From: a virus
Reading direction: 5' to 3' (one strand)
Virus record (IMG/VR): IMGVR_UViG_3300039239_000007
Coordinates: 1-51,074 of that record
DNA: 51,074 nt
Shown: positions 7,308 through 16,571 of the stretch, in pieces
How positions within the stretch are numbered: the stretch's first letter is position 1
How the letters are laid out: each line of letters opens with the position of its first letter
The notes under the pieces: generated by a model
The model's input: only the letters and a program-made list of their open reading frames with translations
Databases searched by the model: none
Told to the model about the DNA's origin: nothing
Position numbers and translations under genes: made by a program

Positions 7308-10139
7308 ATGATTTTTACAGCTATCGGCACGCTGCTTGCGGGCACGGCGACGATATCGTTATTCGGTGCGACTGTCTCCCTCGCATCGGTCATTGGTGGC
7401 GCGCTGGCCTTCGGCACTAGTCTCGCATTCAGTTACCTCAAGCGCCCGAAGAAGCGCACCTACACGGCTGTCCAAGGTGAGACGCAATACGGCGGCGATA
7501 TCGATGTTCAGGCGCTCTACGGCCACGGCAAGACCAAAGGCCAGCGCACCTATTATGCGAAGTGGGGGCAGGGCAACAAATACAACGCCGAGGTTTTCGT
7601 GCTGGCCAACGGCTGGTGCGATGGCCTTTTCGATTACTGCTTCGTCTACGGTGAGCGCCGCGCGCTGATCCAGGTTGGCAACATCGGCGGCGAAGCTGCA
7701 CATTATCGTGTCGACGGGTTCAGCGACAAGATATCGATCCGGTTCTACGATGGACGTCCCGGCCAGCCGGTTGACGCCAAGCTGGTTGCGGACACGGCGG
7801 CTCTCGGCAACACGTGGAAGAGCACGAGCGTCAATGCTGGCCAGTGCTATGTGATTGTCGAGCGACTTTATGACAGCGCGCTATTCGAGAAGGGCAAGCC
7901 CGATTTCGAGTTCGTCATGCGTGGTCTGCGCGAGTATGACCCCCGCAAGGATTCGACGGTTGCCGGCGGCTCCGGCCCACAGCGCATCAATGATCCCGCG
8001 ACGTGGGTGTTCACGCGCAATCCTGCCGTCCATCGCCTGAACTATCAGCTCGGCCTTCGAGCATTGAACTCTGGCCGCACGCTTATTGGTGAGGGCAAGT
8101 CGCTCGGGCAACTGGATCTGGCAACTTACTTCGTCGCCATGAACGTGTGCGACACCATCAAAGCCGGCAAGCCGACATATGAATGCGGCCTCTGGGTAAC
8201 AGGCGCTGACGATCATACGGAAATCCTCAAGGAGTTTGAGGACGCGATGGCTGGCTACGGCCTCAATCGTCGTGGCCTGTCTGGCGTGATCGCAGGTGCG
8301 CCGCAAATTCCGGTTCTGGAAATCACCAAGGATGATCTCGATACCGGCCGGTCGAGCGAATACCAGTTCAAGAAGTCGGCTTTCGAGCGCTATAACCATA
8401 TCTCTGGTCAGTTCCTTTCGATTGTGGACCTCTGGAACCCGCAGAGCCTGAAGCCAGTATATTCGAATGCAGACGTGGCCGCCGATGGGCGCAACAGGCA
8501 GACGAGCAATGACTTCCTCCAGGTCACAGATCCTGATATTGCGCAGTACCTTCTGACGATCCGATATCGTCAGAACCGCATGGGCGGCACGGCCACTTTG
8601 CCTGTCAGTCTTCGCGTTGGCCTGAAGGTTCAGGAAGGCGAGTGGATCGTCTGGAATGGCCGTACATGGATGATCTCCGAGTGGCTGTGCGATGAGAGCT
8701 TCAACATCACGCTGAGGCTTTCCGAGACCAGCGCCGATATCTACGATGACGGCGGCATTGATCCGGGCCCGGTGGTTATTCCACCGACGCCGCCGATCAA
8801 TCCTTCTATCCTGACGACCGTGCAAGACTTTGCGGTCGAAACGGGCATGATTGAGGGCGCGGAAGGCTTCCAAACGCCGGTTCTCCGGTTCTCCTGGGAC
8901 CCGCCGCAAGACCCGTCTATCATCGAGGTTATCCTTGAATATCGGATCAGCGGCCAGACGACGATCTATACCGATGTCTGCAAAGACCCGGAGACCGTGA
9001 ATGAGTTTGGGCGGGTTGAGTATCAGACCTCGAAGGATGTGATCTCGGGTGTTTTCTATAACGCCCGCGCCACAATCCGCACGGTCCCTGACCGGTTCAA
9101 AACCTACACGCCGTGGGTAACATCGGCCAATGTCACCGGCAATCAGACGGTGTTCGCAGAGGTTGATCTGTCGAACATCGAAGATGCCCTTGGCTGGCTC
9201 CGCAACAGCACAAGAACGGCGCAGGACGCCATTGACGGCCTCATTGCGGGCATGATGGAACTTTCCGTTGTCGCCTACAAGGATACCCGCAATCTCGCCA
9301 GAGAACTGTCTGTAGAGCTTGGTGCGGCCCGTGCTGAATATCGCGAGGATATCCAGCTTGCCGTGAACGAGACGATGGCTGTCGCCGGCAAGGTCGAAAC
9401 ACTGACGGCTGCGCTCGGCGGCAACACGGCGTCGATCAATATCGCCTGGGCTGCGGTTGCTGCCCCATCTGGTTATGCTGCTCGATATGGCATCACCGCG
9501 GCTGTCAATGACGAGCAGTATCGCTCTGCTTCATTCCTCATGGATGTGCCGTCGAACCCGGCCAGCCCGACGCGCATCATTCTGAAGGCGCAGCAGGTCA
9601 TTATCGGGAATGATGACGCATCGATCCTCCGTAACCCGTTCACATATCAGGGCAACGTTCTTTATCTGGACGACGTCAGGGTCAACCAGCTATCAGCGCT
9701 GTCGGGTGTTCTCGGTAACGTCGATATTTCGAGTGCTTACATCGGCACACTGACTGTGGGAACGTCGAACATCTCACCTGGAGCGATCACCGTAGCGGCC
9801 GTGGTGAACGGCGAAAGCTTCACTGTTACCCATGGCGACGGCGCTCCCAATGTACTCCTTATTTGGAAAACCAGAGGGACCATGAGCACAACGGTAGACC
9901 CGCCAGGATTGGCCACCGCTACCATGAGGCTCCTGGAGAACGGAAACGTCATCGATGTTGCACACAGTTCGTCGGTTCAGAGTGGCGCTACGGCCTATCT
10001 AAACTCGAGTGTCAACTTCCGCCCTCCCTCTGGCCGCACGCAGACGACGTTCAGCATGGATAGCATTGCTGGCCCATCGGGTGCGCTAACAAGCGGTAGT
10101 CGCGTTTCCGAAATAACGGCGTTGGTCTTTAAGCGCTAA
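7308..10139 (+). CDS. Host specificity / central tail fibre protein (gpJ-like)
   Basis: 943 aa with an N-terminal hydrophobic segment. The pattern FEFVMRGLREYDPRKD...TRNPAVHRLNYQLG is typical of the phage-tail_3/gpJ family. It is the largest tail gene after the tape measure. Confidence 0.85.
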   Translation: MIFTAIGTLLAGTATISLFGATVSLASVIGGALAFGTSLAFSYLKRPKKRTYTAVQGETQYGGDIDVQALYGHGKTKGQRTYYAKWGQGNKYNAEVFVLANGWCDGLFDYCFVYGERRALIQVGNIGGEAAHYRVDGFSDKISIRFYDGRPGQPVDAKLVADTAALGNTWKSTSVNAGQCYVIVERLYDSALFEKGKPDFEFVMRGLREYDPRKDSTVAGGSGPQRINDPATWVFTRNPAVHRLNYQLGLRALNSGRTLIGEGKSLGQLDLATYFVAMNVCDTIKAGKPTYECGLWVTGADDHTEILKEFEDAMAGYGLNRRGLSGVIAGAPQIPVLEITKDDLDTGRSSEYQFKKSAFERYNHISGQFLSIVDLWNPQSLKPVYSNADVAADGRNRQTSNDFLQVTDPDIAQYLLTIRYRQNRMGGTATLPVSLRVGLKVQEGEWIVWNGRTWMISEWLCDESFNITLRLSETSADIYDDGGIDPGPVVIPPTPPINPSILTTVQDFAVETGMIEGAEGFQTPVLRFSWDPPQDPSIIEVILEYRISGQTTIYTDVCKDPETVNEFGRVEYQTSKDVISGVFYNARATIRTVPDRFKTYTPWVTSANVTGNQTVFAEVDLSNIEDALGWLRNSTRTAQDAIDGLIAGMMELSVVAYKDTRNLARELSVELGAARAEYREDIQLAVNETMAVAGKVETLTAALGGNTASINIAWAAVAAPSGYAARYGITAAVNDEQYRSASFLMDVPSNPASPTRIILKAQQVIIGNDDASILRNPFTYQGNVLYLDDVRVNQLSALSGVLGNVDISSAYIGTLTVGTSNISPGAITVAAVVNGESFTVTHGDGAPNVLLIWKTRGTMSTTVDPPGLATATMRLLENGNVIDVAHSSSVQSGATAYLNSSVNFRPPSGRTQTTFSMDSIAGPSGALTSGSRVSEITALVFKR

Positions 10140-10157
10140 CCTCAAAATGGGTGTAAA

Positions 10158-10391
10158 ATGACAACTGGAAACCAGATGCAGGTTGACGCTTCGTTCATCC
10201 TGCAAGAGGCGGAAGTGCGCGAAGCCTTCTTGGTGAATCGCACGCTTCTGCTCTCCCATCAGCTTCTCATGCAGAAGCAGGAAAACAAGATCCTTCTCGA
10301 CAAGATCAACGGCCTTGAAGCCGATTTACGCCTCGCGCGTGGCGAGGGCGATCCCGTCGATAGCGTTAACGGAGCATCCGATAATGGCTAA
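10158..10391 (+). CDS. Hypothetical coiled-coil protein
   Basis: 77 aa. The stop overlaps the start of the tail fibre gene. Confidence 0.5.
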   Translation: MTTGNQMQVDASFILQEAEVREAFLVNRTLLLSHQLLMQKQENKILLDKINGLEADLRLARGEGDPVDSVNGASDNG

Positions 10392-11967
10392 CACCACATG
10401 GTACGGCGACGGCACGGCAACTGTCGCTGTCGGCTCTCGCACTGTGACCGGCACGGATACCGGCTGGCTGACGGAAGTTGCCGGGCTGACGCCGATCAAG
10501 GCGGGTGACAAGTACGGCATTCACGTTGGGCGCCCGATCGTCATCGAGCAGATCATCAGCGATACGGAGCTGTTGCTTGCCGATGATTGGCCCGGTCCTG
10601 CCCAGACTGATGCTCCGTACAAGATCGAGCTGACGAACCCAACCATCGTTGCCGTCGAAACCATGCGGCGGTTGATGCTCAGCCTGAGTGGCGGCAATCT
10701 GTCCAGCATCGCTGAAACCTCTGTTGGTACTGATGACCTGCTAATTGGCATCGGTCCCGGCGTCTTCAGCACGATCAACAAGGCGGCTCTCGTCCAAGGC
10801 GTGCAGTATGATGCGTGGGCGGCGAACCTCGCAGATCGTGCGGCCTTCGACGGACAGCCGGCAGGGTATTCAGTTCTGGTTGTTAACGTAGGTGACGGAC
10901 GAGCCGCACTCTACATCAAGATATCTTCTACGGCTGGAGACTGGAGCGCACCGTCTTATATCACAGGCCCTGTCGGTCCCGCTGGCGTCAACCAGCGCGG
11001 CAACTACAGCGCGGGCACGGCCTACGCGATCCGCGATATCGTGCAGTTTGGTGGGTCAACGTGGATCGCCAAGGTAGCGACGACCGGCAACGCGCCACCG
11101 ACACTCCCGACGACCGAGAACACACAGTGGCTTCTGTTTGCTCGCTCCGGCACTCCCGGTGTTGTGGATCGCGGCACTTACAGCGGCGCGACTGCCTACG
11201 AGACAAATGACATCGTTCTCAACAACGGCTCGACGTGGATCGCGCTTCAGCCTACCACGGGCAATGCGCCGCCTGTTTTGCCGACCGAGAGTAATGCCTA
11301 CTGGCGGCTGCTGGCCCGCAAGGGAACTGATGGCTCGGGTACGGGTGATGTAACCGGCGCTGCGTCTTCGGTCGACGGGCAGTTTGCAGCGGCCAATGGC
11401 ACTTCCGGTAAAAGCCTCAAGTTCCTAACGACGGCGCAGGCGCGGCAAGCGATTGGCGGTTGGGAGCCGATTGGAAACCCGGTAAGCCTGATCGGCGTAG
11501 GGCAGGCGATATGGACTGATCTTTCGCCGTTCGTCTCCCTCATGCTGTCCGTTGAGGGGCGAGCTAATACAGGGGCGACGTCAGGGATATTGCTGGCGCA
11601 AGTCAGTACGGATAATGGAGCCAGTTGGGCGGCGGGTGCGAGCGATTACCCATACTTCTCGCTGTCTCAAGAGGATACGTCCGTAAACGGGCAGGCAACT
11701 TTGTCTAACCCGTATATGGTTCTAAGCCGCGAGAGTTTAGCGGTCGCAAGTCTATTCATGCTCACATTCAGAATCGGGAATTTCAACAAGGCTTCTGCTT
11801 CGATGTTCGAGAGCAAGGCTGCATACGCACGCCTTTCTGGTTCGAACAGGCAAGACCTGAATTCCGGTTACTTCGGCGGAGCAGCAGTGAAGAACGCATT
11901 CAGGTTTGCCTGTTCCGGAGGCGCATTCGTCACTGGATCGGCGGAACTTTTTGGCATTAGGGGTTGA
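10384..11967 (+). CDS. Tail fibre protein with two CBM5/12-like repeats
   Basis: Internal Met MANTTWYGDG... overlaps the upstream stop. Contains a short GPVGPAG segment and two tandem ~50-aa repeats with the Y..G..Y...D.V...GS.WIA....GN.PP.LP......W pattern. Confidence 0.75.
   Translation: MANTTWYGDGTATVAVGSRTVTGTDTGWLTEVAGLTPIKAGDKYGIHVGRPIVIEQIISDTELLLADDWPGPAQTDAPYKIELTNPTIVAVETMRRLMLSLSGGNLSSIAETSVGTDDLLIGIGPGVFSTINKAALVQGVQYDAWAANLADRAAFDGQPAGYSVLVVNVGDGRAALYIKISSTAGDWSAPSYITGPVGPAGVNQRGNYSAGTAYAIRDIVQFGGSTWIAKVATTGNAPPTLPTTENTQWLLFARSGTPGVVDRGTYSGATAYETNDIVLNNGSTWIALQPTTGNAPPVLPTESNAYWRLLARKGTDGSGTGDVTGAASSVDGQFAAANGTSGKSLKFLTTAQARQAIGGWEPIGNPVSLIGVGQAIWTDLSPFVSLMLSVEGRANTGATSGILLAQVSTDNGASWAAGASDYPYFSLSQEDTSVNGQATLSNPYMVLSRESLAVASLFMLTFRIGNFNKASASMFESKAAYARLSGSNRQDLNSGYFGGAAVKNAFRFACSGGAFVTGSAELFGIRG
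10999..11322 (+). repeat. Tandem in-frame repeat inside the tail fibre gene (2 x ~50 aa)
   Basis: GNYSAGTAYAIRDIVQFGGSTWIAKVATTGNAPPTLPTTENTQWLLFARSG versus GTYSGATAYETNDIVLNNGSTWIALQPTTGNAPPVLPTESNAYWRLLARKG. Confidence 0.85.
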
Positions 11968-12329
11968 TCATGAAGAAAGTCGTGAATGGCGAAATGATAG
12001 AAATGACGCAGGATGAGATCGATGAACTGCGATCACTTGTAACGCCTGCTTCCCCAACAATTACCGACTATGAGGACGCCGTCCAAGATATGATTGATGC
12101 AACGGCGAGGGAGAGAAGCTACAGAAGTGGCGACTCTCTTGCCTCTTTTGCCCTGTCAACAAATGGCAAATGGGCCGCGGAAGCGCAGGCCTTCATCGCG
12201 TGGCGAGATAATGTCTGGCGGTATGTTTTCAGCGAGAGAGAAAAGTTCCTCTCAGGTCAGCGACCCCAGCCAACTATCGAGGGGTTCCTATCGGAAATAG
12301 CCAGAATCGCGTGGCCTGTTTCATTGTAA
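11964..12329 (+). CDS. Putative tail fibre assembly / chaperone-like protein (DUF4376-like C-terminus)
   Basis: 121 aa with an ATGA overlap with the tail fibre gene. The ending ...AEAQAFIAWRDNVWRYVFSEREKFLSGQRPQPTIEGFLSEI... resembles fibre-associated chaperone domains. Confidence 0.4.
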   Translation: MIMKKVVNGEMIEMTQDEIDELRSLVTPASPTITDYEDAVQDMIDATARERSYRSGDSLASFALSTNGKWAAEAQAFIAWRDNVWRYVFSEREKFLSGQRPQPTIEGFLSEIARIAWPVSL

Positions 12330-12343
12330 CTAACGCCGCCCAG

Positions 12344-13570
12344 TCACCCGCGCCGGGGCTCATCAGACCATGCTTGAACATAGGCCGCCTGACAAAGTTT
12401 CTGCAGTGGCTTCTCGATGTAAATGAATGAGACGTGAGATAGCGCGACCATCGCGACCACCCACACGATGAGGGTGATACCGCTTTCAAATATGGACGTG
12501 CCGATCCCGAAATAAGAAAGTCCGATCAGGATCGCCACTTGGATAGGGAAATGCCATAGGTACGACGAATACGTTGTGTCGCCGAACCACTTGAGTGGCT
12601 TAAGCCGAGCTTGCACTGACGGGCTGAAATCCAGCCATCCAACCAGCAGGACAATTGGCGGGAAAAGGAAAAACTGGACGTTAAAGAACGGCATATGCGG
12701 TAGCTTGCCAGCGCCAACGTAGTAAGTGAACGTTGCCAAGCTCAATATCGCAGGCGCGAAGAGGACAATCGGACTGTCTCTGAATTTTACGAGCCAGTAA
12801 TAGAGGATGCAGCCTGAGAAGAAGAAGAATGCGCAGATATGGAAATTGTTTATCGGAGACTGCTCATTCAGGAGCAGAGACATCGAAACAACGATGAACG
12901 CCGACGTCAGCAGTCCAAATGCAAAGATGCGGCGGGCCAGGAGGAAGAAGACAGCGTAGATCGCCAATTCCACCGAGACTGACCAGATCGGGCCGTTGAA
13001 GTTGACAGCCTCCGTGAAGCCCCATCCGGCAATGAAGAAGAGGTGCCGCACGAAGTCGGTCCCCGAGTTGCCGGCGACCATCGTGTAATGCCCCAAGAGA
13101 TTGAAGCTGACCATCTGTAACAGGCCAATCGTAATCAGCGTGATGAAATGAAGCGGGTAGAGGCGCGCGAAACGCGCGGCGATGAAATCTGAGGCTTTCA
13201 CGCTTTTCCCGCTATACACATGCGAGAACACGAACCCGGAAATAACCCAGAAGCCCCCAACTGCCCAATATCCATATTCGTAAAATGGCATGAGAAGCCA
13301 GTAGAGCGGCTGGTCTGTGCGGACGAATGCGGGATTGTTGTTGAAGAAGTGGTTGTAATGCCAGACGAGAATTACGACCGCTGCGAAGGATCGCAGGACA
13401 TCCATTCCGTAAAAGTGGCGCACTTTCGCGACCGCCGCGTAGTCGGCGGCAGATAGCGGGCGCAGCAAAGAATAATCGGCAGCTAACCCACGCGGCTTTT
13501 GAAAATCCACAGCCTCAACGGACATCGACACCCCCTCCGCATCTGAGTTTATTCGAAAAATCAGATGCAA
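12344..13570 (-). CDS. Acyltransferase family 3 membrane protein (O-antigen/polysaccharide O-acetyltransferase-like)
   Basis: About 10 hydrophobic segments. The N-terminal YGMDVLRSFAAVVILVWHYNHFF matches the acyltransferase_3 signature (R..A...V...H). The longest ORF starts with TTG at 13570; an ATG alternative lies at 13525. Confidence 0.85.
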   Translation of the reverse strand: MHLIFRINSDAEGVSMSVEAVDFQKPRGLAADYSLLRPLSAADYAAVAKVRHFYGMDVLRSFAAVVILVWHYNHFFNNNPAFVRTDQPLYWLLMPFYEYGYWAVGGFWVISGFVFSHVYSGKSVKASDFIAARFARLYPLHFITLITIGLLQMVSFNLLGHYTMVAGNSGTDFVRHLFFIAGWGFTEAVNFNGPIWSVSVELAIYAVFFLLARRIFAFGLLTSAFIVVSMSLLLNEQSPINNFHICAFFFFSGCILYYWLVKFRDSPIVLFAPAILSLATFTYYVGAGKLPHMPFFNVQFFLFPPIVLLVGWLDFSPSVQARLKPLKWFGDTTYSSYLWHFPIQVAILIGLSYFGIGTSIFESGITLIVWVVAMVALSHVSFIYIEKPLQKLCQAAYVQAWSDEPRRG

Positions 13571-13683
13571 CTGCTAATGTCAATTATTTTGCTTTGCTAA
13601 TGCAATGCTAAGGCGAGAATTTCCGCCTTTACGCGGCCGGTAGCGTAACCCGGCACCAATAACCCACAATCAGGAGAAGCCTC

Positions 13684-14763
13684 ATGTTGAAGGCTGATGT
13701 CGCGCGCTCGATTGAGCGAGTTGCGAGCGTGCACGGTATTGACCCGGCGGCGCTGAAGGCTGTTGTCGAGGTCGAGAGCGACGGCGTTGTCTTTGCCGAT
13801 ATCGACGGCAAGGAAATGCCAGTGATCCGCTTCGAAGGCCATTACTTCGACCGGCTGGTGACTGCGTCTCGTCGGGAGGAAACTCGGCGGCTCGGTCTTG
13901 CGTCTCCGACTGTCGGCGGCGTGAAGAACCCGGCCTCGCAGAAAGACCGCTGGCAGCTTCTTGGGCGAGCGATGATGATCGACAAGCAGGCCGCACTGGA
14001 AAGCACGTCCTTTGGCGTTGGGCAGGTCATGGGGAGCCACTGGAAGGCTCTCGGGTATCCGTCGGTTATCGATCTGTTTGAAGCTGCTCGCAGCGGTGTT
14101 GAGGGCCAGGTCGACCTGATGGTTCGGTTCATCAAGGCGAACAACCTTCTGGGCGCTCTGAACCGGAAGGATTGGGCAGGGTTCGCCCGCGGCTATAATG
14201 GCCCTGCCTACAAGAAGAACGCCTACGACACGAAGATGGCCGCCGCCTATGAGCGCTATTCGAGGAAAGGACCGGCCGCATCTGGTGCGACGGGTATGCT
14301 CCGTATTGGCTCCAAGGGGGCAGGGGTTCGGGAAATCCAGGTGCTGCTTACGCGCGCCGGCTATCCGGTTACAGCCGATGGTGACTTTGGACCGGCGACG
14401 GATCGCATTCTCCGACGGTTTCAAGATGAGAACGGGCTTGCCGCCGACGGTGTGGCCGGTCCGCAGACCATGCGTAAGCTGAAAGAGTTTCAGGTCTCGC
14501 CGGATGAAAAGCCCGGCAATCTTGGGATCGCTCAGGTTCCAGAGGTCAAGAACGCCGCTCGCAACTTCGGCCCTCTCGCTTTGGTCACCGCAGCCCGTGA
14601 TCAGATCGCGGAACTCGCCACCTATGTCACCGGCATCAACTCGGATCTGGCGAACACCATCGCGAACGGGATGCTGGCCGTCTCTGGAGCCATTGGCCTC
14701 GGCCTTACGATCTGGGGCGTCTACGGCTGGTGGAAGAGCAAGCAGACGGTGGAACAGGCATGA
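13684..14763 (+). CDS. Endolysin: N-acetylmuramidase (DUF3380-type) + PG_binding_1 domain + C-terminal TM helix
   Basis: Muramidase motifs: IRFEGHYFDRLV, SFGVGQVMGSHWKALGY, ARGYNGPAYKKNAYDTKMAAAYERY. PG-binding motif: GAGVREIQVLLTRAGYPVTADGDFGPATDRILRRFQ. C-terminal helix: MLAVSGAIGLGLTIWGVYGWWKSKQ. AGGAG lies upstream. Confidence 0.9.
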   Translation: MLKADVARSIERVASVHGIDPAALKAVVEVESDGVVFADIDGKEMPVIRFEGHYFDRLVTASRREETRRLGLASPTVGGVKNPASQKDRWQLLGRAMMIDKQAALESTSFGVGQVMGSHWKALGYPSVIDLFEAARSGVEGQVDLMVRFIKANNLLGALNRKDWAGFARGYNGPAYKKNAYDTKMAAAYERYSRKGPAASGATGMLRIGSKGAGVREIQVLLTRAGYPVTADGDFGPATDRILRRFQDENGLAADGVAGPQTMRKLKEFQVSPDEKPGNLGIAQVPEVKNAARNFGPLALVTAARDQIAELATYVTGINSDLANTIANGMLAVSGAIGLGLTIWGVYGWWKSKQTVEQA

Positions 14764-15023
14764 TCACAGACAAGATCAGTTTCGCCGTAGGAGCGGCTGC
14801 AGGCGCGATTGTGGCCTGTCTGCTGTTCACCACCATCAACGCAGTCTGGTGGCTTCCCAGAGCCAAGGAAGAGGCTCGCATCATCGAGCGTGCGGAACTC
14901 GACGCCGCAACCAACAAGGCAATCGGAGAACTCAGGAATGAAGCTGACAAGGCTCGCGTCAATCGTCGCCTGTGCCGTGAGCGTGGCGGCGTGTACCTCA
15001 ACGCAACAGGTCGCTGCCAGTAA
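14760..15023 (+). CDS. i-spanin (Rz-like)
   Basis: 87 aa with an ATGA overlap with the endolysin. N-terminal TM (AVGAAAGAIVACLLFTTINAVWW), then a charged helical periplasmic part. Confidence 0.7.
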   Translation: MITDKISFAVGAAAGAIVACLLFTTINAVWWLPRAKEEARIIERAELDAATNKAIGELRNEADKARVNRRLCRERGGVYLNATGRCQ

Positions 15024-15198
15024 GGAACGGCTAAACCAGTCCGCGAGGTCGATCTTCGGAACGTCTCTGGTGGGCTCTCGTGGAGCGTCTCCCAAGGATC
15101 AGGATGCAATTGACGAAACGGTTGCCGGTATTTGCGGCGCCAAGGTGTGGACCGTTGGCGAGTGCGCGCGCCATGATGAATTGACGAGGGCTCGGTAA
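14938..15198 (+). CDS. o-spanin (Rz1-like lipoprotein), overlapped architecture
   Basis: MKLTRLASIVACAVSVAAC|TSTQ shows a signal peptide plus a VAAC lipobox. It starts in the +1 frame inside the i-spanin gene and extends beyond it. GGAGA lies 8 nt upstream. Confidence 0.7.
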   Translation: MKLTRLASIVACAVSVAACTSTQQVAASKERLNQSARSIFGTSLVGSRGASPKDQDAIDETVAGICGAKVWTVGECARHDELTRAR

Positions 15199-16571
15199 TG
15201 ACGGGATTGAGCTTGATGACCGGCCTGTCTCTCGTTGGGTCGGGCATGTCGGGGAAGCGTGCCAACGCATTCAGCCCATTCAAAACGAAGCTTGAGGCCG
15301 GTCAAGACGTTAATATCTTCGTCAATGGAGACAGCACTGCATGGGCTGATTTTAGCCCTTACTTTCTGTTCCCTAAGATGCTGGGCGACAAGTACAACGC
15401 TACCGTCGTTATGCGCCGCTGGGCCGAATATGACGGTGTGGCCGGCACATGGACCGGCCCGAAGGATTATGCTGCCCCCGTAACGCTGCGGTCGGGCACA
15501 TCCCAGACCATCAACGTGTATCTCGCGGCGATCCCTGAAAAGGTTGCTGGCACGATTTTCGACGGCACCCGCAAGGCCAATGCCATAGACGCCATTCCGA
15601 CGCCGGATGTTTGCATTACTCATCACGGCCACAACATGTTCTCGTATCCCACCATTGCGGGGTCTACCGGTATTGGCTTCTATTCCAACGGGATCGGCAA
15701 ATGGCTCGGCCCCATCGGCATGCAGGAGCTGCAATGGCCAGGCGTACCGCAGGTAATCACCGCGCAGAACCCGAAGAAGGACTACAGCGATAATTACAAA
15801 ACGTACTATGCGGCCAAGTATGCCGCGCAAGTGCATGGCGGTATAACTTTCGTTGACACCTACATGCCGTTTATCCTGCGGGATAACGCTTCAAATCTGT
15901 TCCGCGGCGGCGATAATGTCCACCCAAGCGATGCAGAGGCAAATTATGCCGGTGCGCAGTTGCAAGCCGACACCATCATGTCATCGTTCAATGCTGCTGC
16001 GCTGAAACCTTTTTCAACTCCGGTCTGGCCGCTGCAATCCGGGGCGAACCTGATCGACAACGGCGATTTCTCCAACTGGTCTGGAGCGCTGCCGGTGGGC
16101 TGGACGACTAACGGCACTGGGCTAACCGTAACCAAAGAGACCACTATCAAGTACGGCGCATCGGCTTACTCATGCAGAATCGCCCCCGGCACGGGCGTCT
16201 CCGGTCAAACCTCGTATTTGCAGAAATACCTGTCCAGCACTGAAATGGCGCGCATCGCCGGCAAGACCGTTTGCTTTGCCGCCCTCTGCTATTCGGTAAG
16301 GCCGCAGGTAAACCCCGCCACTTACTTCTCTGTCAAAAACGCTTTCGGCAATGTCCGCGATTATGTCACGGGGGCCGTCATTGACTGCCAGGACGGCTGG
16401 ATGTGGTACATTTCAGTCGGCATACCGATCGTCAACGATCCTAACGAGGCGTGGCGATACCTTCGCCTTATCCCGTCGCAGCAGGTTCCAAACCCCGCGA
16501 CCAGTGATCCTCTTATCGTCCAGCGGGTGCTTATCACGGAAGGGTTGCCTCCTAGGGGCGTGATTGCGTGA
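15198..16571 (+). CDS. SGNH/GDSL hydrolase with a C-terminal carbohydrate-binding-like domain
   Basis: Block I FVNGDSTAW, block III HHGHNMF, block V GGDNVHPSD. The C-terminal half starts NLIDNGDFSNWSGALPVGWTTNG (CBM4/9-like jelly-roll start). TAATG overlap with the o-spanin stop. Confidence 0.8.
   Translation: MTGLSLMTGLSLVGSGMSGKRANAFSPFKTKLEAGQDVNIFVNGDSTAWADFSPYFLFPKMLGDKYNATVVMRRWAEYDGVAGTWTGPKDYAAPVTLRSGTSQTINVYLAAIPEKVAGTIFDGTRKANAIDAIPTPDVCITHHGHNMFSYPTIAGSTGIGFYSNGIGKWLGPIGMQELQWPGVPQVITAQNPKKDYSDNYKTYYAAKYAAQVHGGITFVDTYMPFILRDNASNLFRGGDNVHPSDAEANYAGAQLQADTIMSSFNAAALKPFSTPVWPLQSGANLIDNGDFSNWSGALPVGWTTNGTGLTVTKETTIKYGASAYSCRIAPGTGVSGQTSYLQKYLSSTEMARIAGKTVCFAALCYSVRPQVNPATYFSVKNAFGNVRDYVTGAVIDCQDGWMWYISVGIPIVNDPNEAWRYLRLIPSQQVPNPATSDPLIVQRVLITEGLPPRGVIA

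Noticed and set aside
7881-8909. 342-aa minus-strand ORF inside the gpJ-like gene, and similar long antisense or alternate-frame ORFs at 531..1451(-), 13597..14424(-), 35151..35879(-), 44319..45038(-), 45708..46412(-), 23841..24881(+) and 22532..23122(+)
   Set aside because: All overlap genes with strong family signatures on the other strand or frame. Their translations are Arg/Ser/Ala/Pro-rich without motifs, and none has a credible start context.
15198-15233. Tandem MTGLSL-MTGLSL duplication at the N-terminus of the SGNH hydrolase
   Set aside because: It is real in the sequence (atgacgggattgagcttg / atgaccggcctgtctctc), but it is only a 6-codon duplication offering two in-frame starts. No further significance can be supported.
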